DNA of 63,890 nucleotides, filler included, from Reclinomonas americana ATCC 50394 (GCA_048213135.1; 5 parts of 3 records of this genome joined end to end with filler, not necessarily neighbours in it), one strand, 5' to 3'; shown: positions 34,899-49,684, numbered from the whole stretch's first letter. Numbers and translations: made by a program. The notes: a model not told the origin generated them from the sequence alone.

Positions 34899-37800
34899 AT
34901 GCAGAGTTACAGTGTGGAAAAGGAGATTGGAAAGGGCTCGTACGGTGCTGTGTTTCTGGTCACTGATCGCAGCGATGGCCGCCGCTATGTCATGAAAAAG
35001 GTTTCCCTCTCTTCCCACTCTCACTCTCTCTCACTCTCACACTCTCTTTTTCTTTCTTCGTGTGTTGCGTGTGTGTGTGTGTGTGTGAGAGGAAAGGTCA
35101 CAACTTGTCTCGCACTCGAATCACACACTCGCGTCTCTCTGTTGTCTTTCAACCTTGCACTCTCACTCACTCACACACACACACTCACACACACACGCTC
35201 TCTCTCTCTCTCTCACTCACACACACACACACTCACTCACTCTCTCTCTCTCTCACACACACACTACACACACACACACACACACCACCACACACACACA
35301 CACACTCACTGCCTCTTGCCAACTTCATCGACTTTCAGGCGACACTTTCCTCTGCTTTATGCGGCACTTTCCTCTGCTTTATGCTACACTTTCCTCTGCT
35401 TTAGGTGGCACTTTTGTCGTCGCCTGATTCTCACTGCAACTATTTTCTGTTTATTTTCATAGGTCAATCTTGCGGGGATGCCGAAGAAGGAGCTGGAATC
35501 ATGTTGAGTGGATTTTTTCGTCGTTGTTGTGTAGATTTTGGGAGGCTTCTCTCTTGGAGCGATTGGGGATTGAGGGTGACCTCGGGCTTCAGATTTGCTC
35601 AACGGATTCACTTGGTGTCCTTGGACTTGTGCTTGTTGCATTCACTCGTGTTGTTGCTCTCTCCCCGTTGCTCTCTCGCTGTTGCTCTCTTGCTATTGCT
35701 CTCTTGCTGTTGCTCTCTCGCTGTTGCTCTCGCTGTTGCTCTCGTTGTTGCTCTCTCCTTATTCTGCACCCTTGCCACTTCAGCGCATGCTCTATCCTCG
35801 TTGCTCGTTCAAACGCGATCGTGCGATCCCTTTTCTTGTTCGTAATGCTTGACTCTGGCTCGCGTTATGGCCACCTCGGAGCGTCCGCTTCACTCGGCGC
35901 TGGCGCGCTCTTCTGTGTGATCCTTTGTCGTGTTGCTTGTGCCTGACGTGGCTCGTGTTCGTTTCTCGTAAACGTCTTCTTTTTTTTATGGTACTCTGCT
36001 CTCGTTGCTGTCGCTCTTTTGTTTTCGCTTGCTTCTTGTCGCACTTCGTGGTCATCTCCCAGCCAGTGTGCTTTCTTGCTCGTCACTCACTCCCCTTTGC
36101 CTCTCTTATTCCACAGCCGAACAAGAGGCCACTCTCTTGCGGCGACTACAACACCCATTTATCGTGTCCTACCGCGACTCATTTGTCAATGACGACACGA
36201 ACGAGTTGTGCCTCGTCATGACGTACTGTGACGGAGGCGATTTGCAGCAGAATCTCAAATCGCGACGCGGAAAGTTGTTGTCCGAGGACCAAGTGATGGA
36301 GTGGTGCGGTGTTGGGATAGCAGCATTCATTTATTTTGCGGCGTCGTGGCTCATCCTGTGCGTAATGCCACAGGTTTGTGCAGCTGGCGCTGGCGGTCGA
36401 CTACTGCCACCGATTGAAGATCTTGCACCGCGATTTGAAGAGCCAAAACACATTTTTGTTGAAGGACCAGACGCTGAAGCTTGGTGAGCTGGGGAATATG
36501 ATGAAATCTCGTGCCGCTCGCCTCTCCTCTTTGTTTCGATCATGCTCCTCCTCCTCGCCTCGCTCTCCGCTCCTCCTTGTCTCGCTCTCCGCTCCTCCTT
36601 GTCTCGCTCTCCGCTCCTCCTTTCGCTCTCCGCTCCTCCTTGTCTCGCTCTCCGCTCCTTCTTGTCTCGCTCTCCGCTCCTTCTTGTCTCGCTCTCCGCT
36701 CCTCCTTGTCTCGCTCTCTCCGCTCCTCCTTGCCTCGCTCTCTCCGCTCCTCCTTGCCTCGCTCTCTCCGCTCCTTTGCTCCCCTGTCCTCCGCTTCTCT
36801 GCTCCTTTCCCCTCTCTCCCCTGTCCCCTGTCCCCTGTCCCCTTTCCCTTGGCCTCTCATCCCCTTTTGCCTCCTCCCCCAGGCGACTTTGGCATCGCCA
36901 AGGTCCTCCACCGCACCGTGGAAATGGCTCGCACCGCCATCGGCACGCCACTGTACATGAGCCCCGAAGTGTGCCAGAACAAGCCGTACGCCGGCAAGAG
37001 CGATGTGTGGGCGCTGGGTTGTATTTTGTACGAGGTACGGTCGGTTACTTTCTCCCACGTTCGCGACATTGACTCACCTATCTCTCATTTTGAAAGATGG
37101 CCACGCAACGGTACGCGTTCGACGCCAACAACCTCAATGGTCTGGTGTGGAAGATTGTCCGTGGTATTGTGCCGCCACTGCCCCCATCGTACTCGGCCCC
37201 TCTCAAGGCCCTCGTGTCGAAATTGTTGAATAAGCAGCCGAATCAGCGGCCTTCGGTGAGCTTTCCCATTTGTCGCATTGTGCTTGTAGTCGCGTACACT
37301 AACCTTTCTTGTGCTAGGCACGCGAAATCCTCAAATCATCCTTTGTGAAGAAAGCAGCTGTAACATATTTGCAAGCCAAATTCCCTCACCTGTTTAGTGG
37401 CGACGTCGACGAGTCGGCATTACCGGTGAGTGCATGGATACCCCATGTAGAAGCTTGTGTGTTAACTGCCTCTCTCTCCTCTCCTTCTCTCCATCTCTCT
37501 GTCTCCTCCCTTTCCACTGCTCTTTCCAATTCATCTCGCTCACTCTGGTGCCCACGCAGCCATATTGCTTGAAGCACTCTTCCTTTCTCTCTCGGCCTGT
37601 CTTTCTTTCTTCTTTTCTTTATTCTCTCTCTCTCTCTCTCACCCCACGCCCTGCTCCCTTTCCAGTCCTTTCCCTTTCGCCCTTCCCCTCTCTCCCTTTC
37701 ACCCCAGGCTCCCTTTCTTCCTTTCTTTCCTCTCCCTCTCTCCTCACGCCATTCTCCTTCCACTTCTTTCCCTCTCGTCCTTCCCCTCCCCCCCTCTCTC

Positions 37801-40800
37801 TCACCTCACGCCCTTGNNNNNNNNNNNNNNNNNNNNNNNNNNNNNNNNNNNNNNNNNNNNNNNNNNNNNNNNNNNNNNNNNNNNNNNNNNNNNNNNNNNN
37901 NNNNNNNNNNNNNNNNNNNNNNNNNNNNNNNNNNNNNNNNNNNNNNNNNNNNNNNNNNNNNNNNNNNNNNNNNNNNNNNNNNNNNNNNNNNNNNNNNNNN
38001 NNNNNNNNNNNNNNNNNNNNNNNNNNNNNNNNNNNNNNNNNNNNNNNNNNNNNNNNNNNNNNNNNNNNNNNNNNNNNNNNNNNNNNNNNNNNNNNNNNNN
38101 NNNNNNNNCTTCTCCCGTTCCACCCCTTTCCCTTCGCTCTTCCCCTCCTCTCTCCCTTCGCCTCCCCTCTCTCTCCCTCTCTCTCTCTCACCCCACGCCC
38201 TACTCCCTCTCCACTCCTTTCCCTTTCGTGTCTTCCCTCTCCCTCTCACCACACCCTTCTCCCTTTCCACTCCTTTCCCTTTCGTCCTTCCCCTCTCTCC
38301 CTCTCCCTCTCTCTCACCTCACGCCCTTCCCCCTTTCCCCTATCCAGGTCGACGAGCGTGCCTTGTACCGACAACTGGAGGAGCTGGAGTACCCTTTGCG
38401 ACCAGAGACCTCGGCTTCATCCTCCAACAGCGCAGTCGGTGAGTCACTGATTGTTTTTTTGACTTCCCGTCTCTGTCCACGAATACTCATGGCTCGTGTC
38501 TCAGGCCCGAGTCGCGGTCCCGCAAGTCGTGCGCCTTCCAACCGGCCAACACCGAGAGCAGGCCCGAGTGGTGGTGCGTTGCGGAAAGGGATGTTCAAGT
38601 TTCCCATGTTTTGCACTCATCTCACTGCCGCCACAGTGGCCGTCGGTATCCTGCCTCCCGGTGCTGCCGGTGGTGTTTCACGTCCGCAGTCAAAAGCCCG
38701 ACCCGACAAGGCAGCACAAGCGCTGCGTGAGATCGAAGAGGAGGAGGAGACCAAGGCTCGCATTCAGCAAGCCCTGGACAAGCTGCGCGCGGAAAAGGAG
38801 GCTCGCAGGGCCGCCGTTGCCGGCAGGAGACCGAGCCAGGTGGAAGTTGCGTATTTCATGCAGAGGGAGAGATTCGAGAAGAAGCATAGATTGCGATCTG
38901 CCGTTCTCTTTGCCTGATATTCTCTTGTCTTTCTTCGTTAGTCGGTGATCTACTTGATACGCTGAGAGACACTGTTTGTTTTGCCGCCTCTCTATCCTCT
39001 TCCTCATTCTTCGCGTTGCATGTGATTCCATTTGCCACTGCTCTCCTTTGCGCCTCGTTCTTTCCCATTGCCGTTGATCAATTGGATACGTATTCCATTC
39101 CCAATAATATTCGTAGCTTCACTCTCTTCTTTAAACTTCCCCTGGTGGATATATTTATTGCTTATCCGTGGATCAAGCGGCATGGATCGTGCCCTCTTGC
39201 CGCTGCTCTTTCTTCTCTCGGTCTTCCGCACCATTTTTATCATCCAATTCTGATCGAGAGACATCCATTGCTCTCTCCCTCTCCCTCCCCCTCCCTCCCT
39301 CCCCCTCTCTCTCTTCTTACACTCTCTCCCTCTCCCCCTCCCCCTCTCCCTCTCCCTCTCCCTCTCCTCCCCTCTCCTCCCCTCTCCTCCCCTCTCCTCC
39401 TCCTCCTCCTCCTCTTTCCTCCCCTCTCTTCCCCTCTCTTCCCCTCTCTTCCCACTCTCCCTCCCCTCCCCTTCCCCTCTCCTTCCCCTCTCCTTCCCCT
39501 CACCCCCTTCCCCTCACCCCCTTCCCACTCACTNNNNNNNNNNNNNNNNNNNNNNNNNNNNNNNNNNNNNNNNNNNNNNNNNNNNNNNNNNNNNNNNNNN
39601 NNNNNNNNNNNNNNNNNNNNNNNNNNNNNNNNNNNNNNNNNNNNNNNNNNNNNNNNNNNNNNNNNNNNNNNNNNNNNNNNNNNNNNNNNNNNNNNNNNNN
39701 NNNNNNNNNNNNNNNNNNNNNNNNNNNNNNNNNNNNNNNNNNNNNNNNNNNNNNNNNNNNNNNNNNNNNNNNCTCTCCTCTCCCTCCCTCTCCTCTCTCT
39801 CCCTCCTCCTCCTCCCTCCTCCTCCCTCCTCCTCCCCTCCTCCTCCCTCCCTCCCTCCCTCCCTCCCTCCCTCCCTCCCTCCCTCCCTCTCCCTTACCCC
39901 CTCCCTTGCCCCTCTCTCTCCCTCTCCCTCCTCACCCTTCGCCTTCCACCCAGGGGGCGCAAAAAGTATTCGCACAAGCACCCCCCGCCGCGGCACAGCC
40001 ACCCCCCGTATACGCCGCTCCCGCGCAGGCCATCCCTGGTGGCCGTCGGCACTCGCAACCCGCGTACGCACAGCCATCGGCACCTCCACCAGCACCCGTG
40101 CAAGCACCTCCCGCCGCTCAGCCGCCTCCACCTTCACGAGACGCTCGTGATCGTGAGAGTTGCGCAACTGACCTACCCACCCTTTTCTCTGTGCCGCCAT
40201 TGACATTGCTCCTCGTTGTCGCAGAGCAAGTGGCTGCCGCTGCGGCCGCGGCCTACCGAGATCAGTTGAAAGCTCGCGATGCAGCAGCAGCAGCGCGCAA
40301 GCAGCAACAGCAGCAACTGGTGGAGCAGCGACAGCAACAACAGCAAATGTTGCAGCAACCGGCGCCAGTGCGAAATGCTCGTTCGGTGCCCACACGCCCC
40401 GACTTGCCACCGCCAGCCTCGCGCAGTCCGCGATCGGTCAGTCCCGACGTGCGCCACCCCATTGCTGACCGCCGCGAAGATGGACCCGGTCGGCATCGCC
40501 CGTCGCCCTCGCCGCCAAAGCAGCGCAATGGCGGCGCGGGTGCGGCGAGACCACCACCCGTTCCGCAGCAGCCTGCAGACGAGGAAGGTCCGTGGTGGGG
40601 CTCATGCCGTTGCGGGTGTTGACTGTCGTACTCATTTCCTCCGCAGATGGTGTCTCTCTCGATGCGATGCGTCGTGAACGCGCGGCATGGGAGATCCGTG
40701 TCGCGGAAATCGATGCACAGATTCAGCGTGAGCGCGACAAGAGGGCACGTGAGGATGCGGCTGCGGCCAAGGCGCAAATCACACCGCCGCCAATACCGCA

Positions 40801-42707
40801 GGTGCCGTTGCATTCGGTGACACCGCCGGACTACCGTGGGAGGGAGCGAGATAAGGTGATTGACTTATTTTCGTGAAGGAGTAAGCCCTTCTCTTACTCA
40901 TCTACATTATTCTGCTGTGCAGGTCACACCACCGCGTCGGCAGCTTACTCCACCGCGTATTGTGCACGACCCAGCCCCGGCTCCGGCCCCAGCTCGCATG
41001 GCCCGCGCCCACAGCGAGGGAGTGCCGCGCGCCAACGTTGATCAGCTGCCTGCTGGTTTCGGTGGTGGTGCAGGTGGTGGAGCTGGCGGCGGTGCTGGTG
41101 GTGCTGCTGCGGGTCGCAAGGCATTCCCAGGTGTGTGCAGTGGACAAGACAGGGAGATTGGTTGAATCGTCGAGCATCTTCTCTTCTATCGACTCTCTCC
41201 GTGCTCGTCTTCATCATTCTGTCTGTCACACCTTTTCTGCCAAGCAACTGTCACTCACTCCATCCATTTGCGCTATGCAGCCGTCGCCGACCCTCGTCGT
41301 CAGAACAAGCAGCGTCCGTCGCAGCCGAATCTCGCCGCTCAGCCGTCATCCTCGTCACACTCGTCGAGCAACAGCGATGACAGCGATGTGGATCTCGACT
41401 CTATGACGCCTAAGGAGCGCATGATGTACGTGCGCGAGCGTGATCGAAAGCGCAAGGAGCGACAGGAGTTGGCAGTTTCGTGTGCAAGCCAGGGAGCGAG
41501 GGAGCATAGTTGTGGGTATCTCTTGCTGCATCCGATTTGTCGACCCTCTCTGCGCCATCGCTGCCTCTCTCCGCTCTGCACTTGTTTTGCTTGCTCTCTC
41601 TCTCCGTCTCTCTCTTTGCTCTCGTTCTTTCACTTTCTTTTCGCGCTTGCTGCTCATTCACTCTCTCTCTCTCTTTGCGCTCGCTGCACCGCTCCTCTCT
41701 CTCTGCGCGCTCGCTGCTCCGCTCGTCTCTCTGCGCGCTCGCTGCTCCGCTCGTCTCTCTGCGCGCTCGCTGCTCCGCTCGTCTCTCTGCGCGCTCGCTG
41801 CTCTCCCTCCCCCTTTCCTCCTCTTTTCTCTCCTCTTCCCCTCGCTCCTCTTCCTCTCCCTCTCCCCCTCCCCCTTTCTCCTCCTCCCCCCTTCCCCTCT
41901 CCGCTCCTGACTTCCTCTTCCCCTCCCCCCCCCCCCCGCACAGGCCCTCCGCGCCATCCACATTGCAAACCACCACGAGCGCATCCGCGCCCAACACCAG
42001 CTGGAGATGCAGTACCACCCGTCGAGCATGGAAGCCGAGCGCCGTGCTGCTGGCGGCGCACCGATGCCGTCCGCTGCCGCACAGGGTGACTACGAGGCTG
42101 AGGACGAAGGCGATGAGCCGATTGACGAGCTGGAGTTTGCGCTGCATCAGTGCACTCGTCGTATCGAGCATCTGCGGCAGTCCATGCAGATCCCGCGCAG
42201 GTGTGTGTTTCCTCGCTGTGTCTTTTTTTCAGTCAACTCGTCTTGTTTCGTTCTCAACCTGGTGTTTGTAGTCAAGGATCGTCGGACGACGACGAGGACC
42301 GTGATGAGGTGTGGGGCAACGGGTCCGACAACGAAGATGGTGACGACGAGGACGACATTGTGGATGAACCGCGTGAGCCAGCGTACGAGGAGCGGCGAGT
42401 GGGTGGTCTGGCAGACCGCGTGACACAGCTGAGGCAGTTGCGTACCGTACCACACAGTGCTGTCACATCAGCATATGACTGACCTGGGTGCTTGCGCAGA
42501 AAATGCGAGCAGGGCATGGGTCCCGACGTCTTCAAACGTGTGTATGACTTCGTGCGCGAGCGTGACACGTGTGTGGCGGCCGATGCCGATCTGGACGAGA
42601 ATGCCGTGAGGGAGCACATGTTGGCTGTGCTGGGGCAGGAAAAGTTGCACTACTGGTACTGGGTGCAGGAGCTGATCTTTTGTGAGGAGTCGCTTGGCGG
42701 TTGTTGA
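34899..42707 (+). CDS. NIMA-related kinase (NEK1/NEK4-like) with long low-complexity and coiled-coil tail
   Basis: [70 protein letters not shown]1/4-type C-terminal block [17 protein letters not shown]...LIFCEE. Confidence 0.92.
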
Positions 42708-42841
42708 TGAGCAACGTCTCACACGAACGAATGGGAGATGGTAAAAACAATCGACATGGTGATCAAGATATAGAGAGGCTGGCAGAAAAAGAAAGGAAGT
42801 GCCTGCAATACTCTTTTGAAAGATTGACGATTATATTTACG

Positions 42842-44261
42842 TTACGGATCCCGCGGGCCCGCCGCCAACAGTACTTCGCGCAATTCGGTGTTGGTGCGTT
42901 CCAATGACGGCGAGTTGACCGATGGTGCCGACCTCTTGGGACCGCTGCGAGATCGCCACAGACCTCTCTCCGGGTGGCATAACAGGAGGAAGACCGAGCG
43001 AAGAACACGGAACACAATCGGCGTCTGCGAGCAGTAGAAGCAATGAGAATGCAGGCACCTCTCGATATCATCATCATCGGAGGATCGTGGAGGAACACAC
43101 CGCCAGCACAACCGACACGGTGCCGAGCACGGTCAACGATGAAATGATCTTGAAATCCGAGTCCGCCGACGATGCAAACAAAGTGGAGATTATCTGCGAC
43201 GGGGGATGGGAGAGGGTATCAGTAAAAAGGCGGATGACGGGCGTCCACATGCACGCAACAATGAGAGACAGGAGACTGATGAGCTCGAGTCGATTCTCCC
43301 ACGTTCGTCGGTACGGCTGTACCAGTGCCTGAATGGCGGCAAAGATAACCACACACAGCCTGCCATTTGGCGCACCAGTGAGTGTTTGGTTGGAATGGTA
43401 ACACAATTCTGTGTGCAGGGAGCGCACCACAAGCCCAAATGCAGCGGTCCCAGGTCACTCCGTGAGGCGAGGAAGACAAACACGATCAGGATGATCACAC
43501 GTCGACCCAGTTGGTATGCTGCGCGAGGGGATGAGAAAGTAGGTACGTGGAGTCACGAGCCACTGCCAATACTCACTTGCGTGCCTTTTTCACAAGACTG
43601 CTTCTCTCCAACACACCCTCAAAATCCTTCTCTGTTTCTCCCTTATACAGGTATCACTCCCTCTTCTTCTCTCCACACATTTTCAGACAGACTTTGCCCC
43701 TCCTGCTTTCTCTCTCTCTCCTGCTCGNNNNNNNNNNNNNNNNNNNNNNNNNNNNNNNNNNNNNNNNNNNNNNNNNNNNNNNNNNNNNNNNNNNNNNNNN
43801 NNNNNNNNNNNNNNNNNNNNNNNNNNNNNNNNNNNNNNNNNNNNNNNNNNNNNNNNNNNNNNNNNNNNNNNNNNNNNNNNNNNNNNNNNNNNNNNNNNNN
43901 NNNNNNNNNNNNNNNNNNNNNNNNNNNNNNNNNNNNNNNNNNNNNNNNNNNNNNNNNNNNNNNNNNNNNNNNNNNNNNNNNNNNNNNNNNNNNNNNNNNN
44001 NNNNNNNNNNNNNNNNNNNNNNNNNNNNNNNNNNNNNNNNNNNNNNNNNNNNNNNNNNNNNNNNNNNNNNNNNNNNNNNNNNNNNNNNNNNNNNNNNNNN
44101 NNNNNNNNNNNNNNNNNNNNNNNNNNTTTTCCTTCTAACGACTAGCTCTCTCACACACCCAACTACTCTCTCGTTCTTCCTTACTTACTACGTAGTACTA
44201 CTCCTCCTTCCTTCTTCTCCTACCACCACTTTACTTACGTACACGACTTCGTCCCTCCTCG

Positions 44262-44304
<43 letters not shown>

Positions 44305-47300
44305 CCGCTTGTAGGTCAGCTTTCTATCAACTTTCCACTTGCTGTCTGCTTCCCCAACCACATCTTCTCCTCGCCCTTTCCCGTATCACCACCCACCTTC
44401 AAACCAAAACAAAGAGTCCTTGTAATTCTCGTACAGCGGACCCCACATGTACTCGGCACGCGTCTTATTCCTCGGCGACGTCGCCGTGTCGTCCACACTC
44501 GGCCCTCTGCACAAGAGTGAGCACCACCACTCTGTCCATCAGCGTCGCCACTTCCCACAGACGCAACTCCAGTGGTTGTCCACGTGCTGCTTTTCTCCAG
44601 TGGAACCACCACAGGAAGAAACCGACGAGGACAGGAACAAGAGAGAATAAAACTGCGAGGACGACAATCAGCGGGAACAGCCGTCCGTACGTCTCGCATC
44701 GTTCCGTCGGCTGATTCGCGTTGCAGCCGGTGCATTGAATGCTGGGTACGCCCACCGTCAGACTTCCACCACACAATCTGGCATTGCGCACTTCCTTTTC
44801 CCTCTTACCTTGGAATCAGCAGATTGAATTGACCGTACCCGGGCACCGTGACGCATGTGAAGCTGCACGTGGAAAGGGACGAGTGAGAAACCAGTGTAGC
44901 CCTAGCCTCTGCTTGATGCACTCAACTATGTGTAACAGATGAAGAGCCATGACGGATAGGCTGCCCACACAAAGAGTCAGTTATTGACAATCTGCACAAT
45001 TGGTCACCACGGCGTACCAGTGATGAACAGCACCACAGACGTGCGACCGTAGGCCGAACGACGACGCCACTTGATAATGCGCCTGGCAATCGCCTGCCCA
45101 ATACGGCCACACTTGGATCCACTCTTCGAAGGAGCTACCCCTGCGGAGCAAACGAACGAATCAGCGCATTGTCCTCTTGCATCGGTGTCGTCGCTGCCAC
45201 GAAACTCGGAGTGTCGGTGTCCATGGACGAATCCAAATCATCCTCGTTGTTGTTGTTGTTGTTACTGCTGCTGTGCATACATCGCTGCAAGATGACAACC
45301 AGAAGCGAGTGCATCAAGTACACCAGCCACAGCAACACGAAGCCGAGGAACGGGAATGCTGTGGGACGCCGTCAGAATAGCAGTTGGGCACCATGCTCCT
45401 GTGTCAAGACACTCAACTGAGATTGACAATGACTTCGCCGTAGGGCGACACCGGGAACGGGCAGTGTCCTTGCAGCGACTGCAACCGATCGATACTGAAT
45501 AGCGACAGCACGGAGCCAAACGTCGACGCTGGGTAAAACAGGAACTACAATAAAGGGAAAAAGTGAGTTCACCGCCGATATCTCGAGGATATGTCTCTCC
45601 GGCCTCACCGTTGCCGTTTGACCTGCATGACAGAAAGGGAAAACAATCAGCGCAGACAGCTTGCTTTTTCTTCTCGTTCTCCCGTGTTCCTTCCAACTCT
45701 TCCTTCCCCTCTTTCTCTCCCTCCCCCTTCTTCTATCCCTTTCCCTTCCCTTTGCCTTCCCCCTTTCTCTCTCCCTCTCAGTGACACACCTGTGAAGAAC
45801 AAGATCTTGACGTAGCCAGAGGTGGCACGTTGTGAGGCCAGCAGCTCGAAAATAACATAGGCGAGCACGACCAGCAATCGCGAAGTAATGACACCGGCGC
45901 TGGTATCACGGCACTCTGTCATGTGAGAGGATAGGAAAGGGTCAGATGCTCTGCCACAGGCTCGCACTCTTTCGCAATACAGGTAGAACGCAACCCAAGC
46001 TGCATGTACACACACAATGAGTATCCTCATCAACAAGTTTGCGCCCGCAAACAAAAGAAATACACAAACGCACCATTCGAAGTTCCACTCCGAGTACCCG
46101 TCGGCACACTGGCCACACAGCGGCGAGGTGCTGACGCGATTCGAACCAGACTGGCAGAACTGGCCAGCGGGAGGCAGACCGCCACCACCCACGACGCTCA
46201 TCCGTGCTACATTATAGAGCGACTCTTGTTGCACGTCAACGTTGCGGCCCTTGGTGGAGGAGCAGTGCTGCACGCACAAGAGAGCGCAAAATTTAGCTGA
46301 GCAGAAAGTCGGAGAGCTCTGGAACGCAGGGCGCAAAACCTCAAATGGACAGGCAATCGGGTACAGCTCGCCATCCGGACTGATGGCAGGCCAGTAGCCA
46401 GTGTCAATCACTGTGGGCAGGTGACAGGGAAAATGAATCGATGAATCGCAGGAAGAGTTTCTTATTTTCAAGCATATCTCACATACCCACAGAATCTGCA
46501 CCCGAACAAGTGGCACCTTTCGGGCATCCGATGCAATTGGTGGAGACGGATGGAACAAGAGTGTACGTGTTGAGCGGACACGCGACACAAACACCCTGAG
46601 CCAGGAAGAACAACGTGAGAAAGAGCGTTCCAGATGCATATCTCTTCTCCGTTGACCCCACGCACCTCAGTCGCTGAATAGCCAGACCCCACAGGGCAGT
46701 CGGCCAGCGTGACCGGCAGAATTGTGGGCATCATGCTCGATCCCTGCACTAAAATCGAGCTCGCCGCCGACTGCGGCTCACCCACGAGTCGGAGGGGCAC
46801 ACGTGCAACGCCATTCTCGGTGGACAACAGAGAGTTCTGTGTGCGAATTCAATGAAATCAGAAGACATATTCGCGGCGGAAGCGAAGACGCTGAACCAAC
46901 CTGACGATCACATGAGGGGCAGTTCACACTGTGAACGGAGGCGCGAGAGTGAGGCATCGGAACAGATGCGACTGGGTGGCCCGCCTGCACCCACTCATCA
47001 CGCAACGACACAATGAAGCCACCAAGCGTTGGAATGGTCTGGTTCCACATGTCGAGCACGACGGCGTTGAAGGTGGTTATCACACCGGGCGGCGTGTCGA
47101 CATTGGTGACTGGTACAGGCACCACAGAGCTGTTGGTAACTGTCGTCGAAGTGATGACTCGATAGGGCGCTACAACGGGATCAAGTCAGACTCATTCCCA
47201 ACCACTTAAGCGCCAGAACCTGGCGCCGGCAACTCAACTGCTGGCAGTGTTGTTGCCGTACACGGCGAAATTGGTCAAGAAGGTGCCCACCGTCGGATTC

Positions 47301-48372
47301 GTACCACCATTGCACTGGATAGCCGCCAGGAGGAACGCGGGGTTATCATCGACAAACTGCCAACGGCGGGCAGTGTTTGTGAGCACAACTGACTTCCATA
47401 TTCTCTCATGTTTCCATCGTCACACTCTCACCACAGCACCACCACCACCGGGAGCCAGCGGAGATCCTGCATGCCGTAGGCAAAGTGAATTCAGTAACTG
47501 GCAAATAACGCGCGGCCGGATTGTTGATCACGCTTACCAGCTGCAGGCACAAACTCGTTGCTGATGATGGCCTGATTCAGTTCATAGGCGACATCGGAAA
47601 AGCTGGTGCCGAGGCACGCGGTGGGCGCGGGCGCTGGCTGGCCCGGGATAGACTGCGCGAAGACACTTTAATGACTTTTGCGCACACCGGACACACTAAC
47701 GATCCGTCGCAACTGTGCTGTTGAGAAAAATGGCGCCTGACACATGACATGAACGCAGAGGTGGTGAGACGCATGAGCAAAGGTAACAGAGACGAGATAC
47801 GTTACAGCACCTCCTCGATTTGCTGCACAATGGTGTGAGCGTGTAGCCAGACAGAAAGTGAGCAAAGCACTGAAACAGCTCACCTATGTTCGCTCGGAAA
47901 CCCACGGTCGTCAACGATGAGCCGCCGACACCTGCACACGCAAGATTAGCAACACGCGGCCATGATCGCAAGATGGAACGATCACGTTGACGCACCGAAA
48001 TAGATTGCACCACCATCGCTGTGCACAACGAGAATCAGTCAAGTGAGCACCATCACCAGTTGCATCAGGGGAACGACCGACGCACCCCGCTTGGTTCTCA
48101 TTGAAGAGGAAATGATCGACCGATATGGTGGCCTCGTCCTGCGTGTACAAACAACCTGCACCTCCGCGCCATCAGCTTCACGTGCATACATGCCGCGTGC
48201 AACAAAAAGGACACACACCGCCTAGATCAGCAATATTTGACACGGCCCGTCCGTACGATAAAATGGCCTGCGAGCTGTCCATGGCGGCGATGCAACCACC
48301 ACGAGTTGCTTGACTATAACCGTACTCGGTGCTGCCAGTCGCGTTGAAAATAGACGAGTCGGCTGTGACCAC
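42842..48372 (-). CDS. Large multi-pass membrane protein with Pmp-like (FxxN/GGA) repeats and Cys-rich region (5' part cut by a gap)
   Basis: Exon fragments GGCIAA, FNENQAG, ANRGGAV, FRANIG; CVACPLNTY, CIGCPKGATC, GYWP, PLCGQCADGYS; several hydrophobic exons, VQPYRRTWENRLELISLLSLI. Exon boundaries only partly traced. Confidence 0.7.
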
Positions 48373-48813
48373 ACAGAGGGGAGAATCGCACGAACATTAA
48401 TAACCACAAAGAAGGAGGAGGAAGGCATATACGCGCGCACACACACAGGCGCCGATTCACACATAGACACCGATATACACACACAAACAACGATACACAC
48501 ACAGAGGCACAGATACACACAAGCTTGTAACTCTCTTTGTCTTCCCACTTCTTCTCCTTACGTCTACGAGCTCTCTCCCGATACATTCTTTCAGTTCTAC
48601 TCCCTCTTTCCCTCCCTCTGTCCCTCTTTCTCTCTGTCTCTCCCACCACTCACTCTCCTCCCTCCCTCCTCCCTCTCTCTCTCTCTCTCTCTCTCTNNNN
48701 NNNNNNNNNNNNNNNNNNNNNNNNNNNNNNNNNNNNNNNNTTAATTAATTAANNNNNNNNNNNNNNNNNNNNNNNNNNNNNNNNNNNNNNNNNNNNCTTC
48801 CGTTCGTCGTCGC

Positions 48814-48864
<51 letters not shown>

Positions 48865-48984
48865 TTCTCTCTCTCCCCCTCTTCTCTCTTCTATCGCCAT
48901 CAACACCAAGGACTCTCGCCCTCTCCTTTCCCTCACCCGCCCTCCCCCCACACCTCCCTCCCTCCTCTCTCTTGTTGTTACTCA

Positions 48985-49522
48985 CCCGACACTGCCCCCG
49001 GCATCTGCTCATCCAACCGCCGATGATGCTTCGCCAAAAACGCATCCGTTCGTGCCCGCTCAATATTCTGCGCCGCCACCAGACCCTGCTTGATGTTGTG
49101 GTAGCGCCGTGCTAACCGCTGCATGTCTTGCTGTCGGAACTTCTCCTGCTCTGCTCGTCCACTTTGAATGCGCTGATCCACGGCCACCAACTCTGCGAGA
49201 GCACAAAACCGAGAGAAGATGAGCCAGGGACCCCCAGCAAGGGTTGACACGTTCGCATCGACAAACCGAGTTTTTGACGGGCCACCATTCTTCTCGTCAA
49301 CTTGGTGATGCGCTCCGCACGCTCCTGTTCGTGTCCCTCGATCTCTAGCTTCTCCAGTGCCTCCGCCTTTGTCTTCATGTCGGCGGCCTCCGAGTACTTT
49401 TTCTGCTTGGCCAGTGCCTCTTCGATGCGCCGCATGTTGAGGAGCTCCGAGGAGGGTTTCGGGCGCGACATTTGCAGTTGCAGTTTGTTGAAGTAGGCCT
49501 GCAATTCGGCGGCGTGGCGTGT
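48985..49522 (-). CDS. Internal exons of an uncharacterised coiled-coil protein
   Basis: RPKPSSELLNMRRIEEALAKQKKYSEAADMK...ELVAVDQRIQ...RLARRYHNIK, with intron 49194-49266. The minus ORF 50436-50182 may be its first exon. Confidence 0.7.
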
Positions 49523-49684
49523 CTGTGGAGAAGGAGGTGAGCGAAAAAGGGGGAGGGGGCGAGGAAAGAGGACAGACAAATGCGCAAATCAGGATGTAGA
49601 ACGAGCACAAAAGAGGAGAAGATGAGCCAGGGACCCCAGCAAGGGTCAACGCGTTCGCATCGACAAAGAGCACGATGGCTCTAG

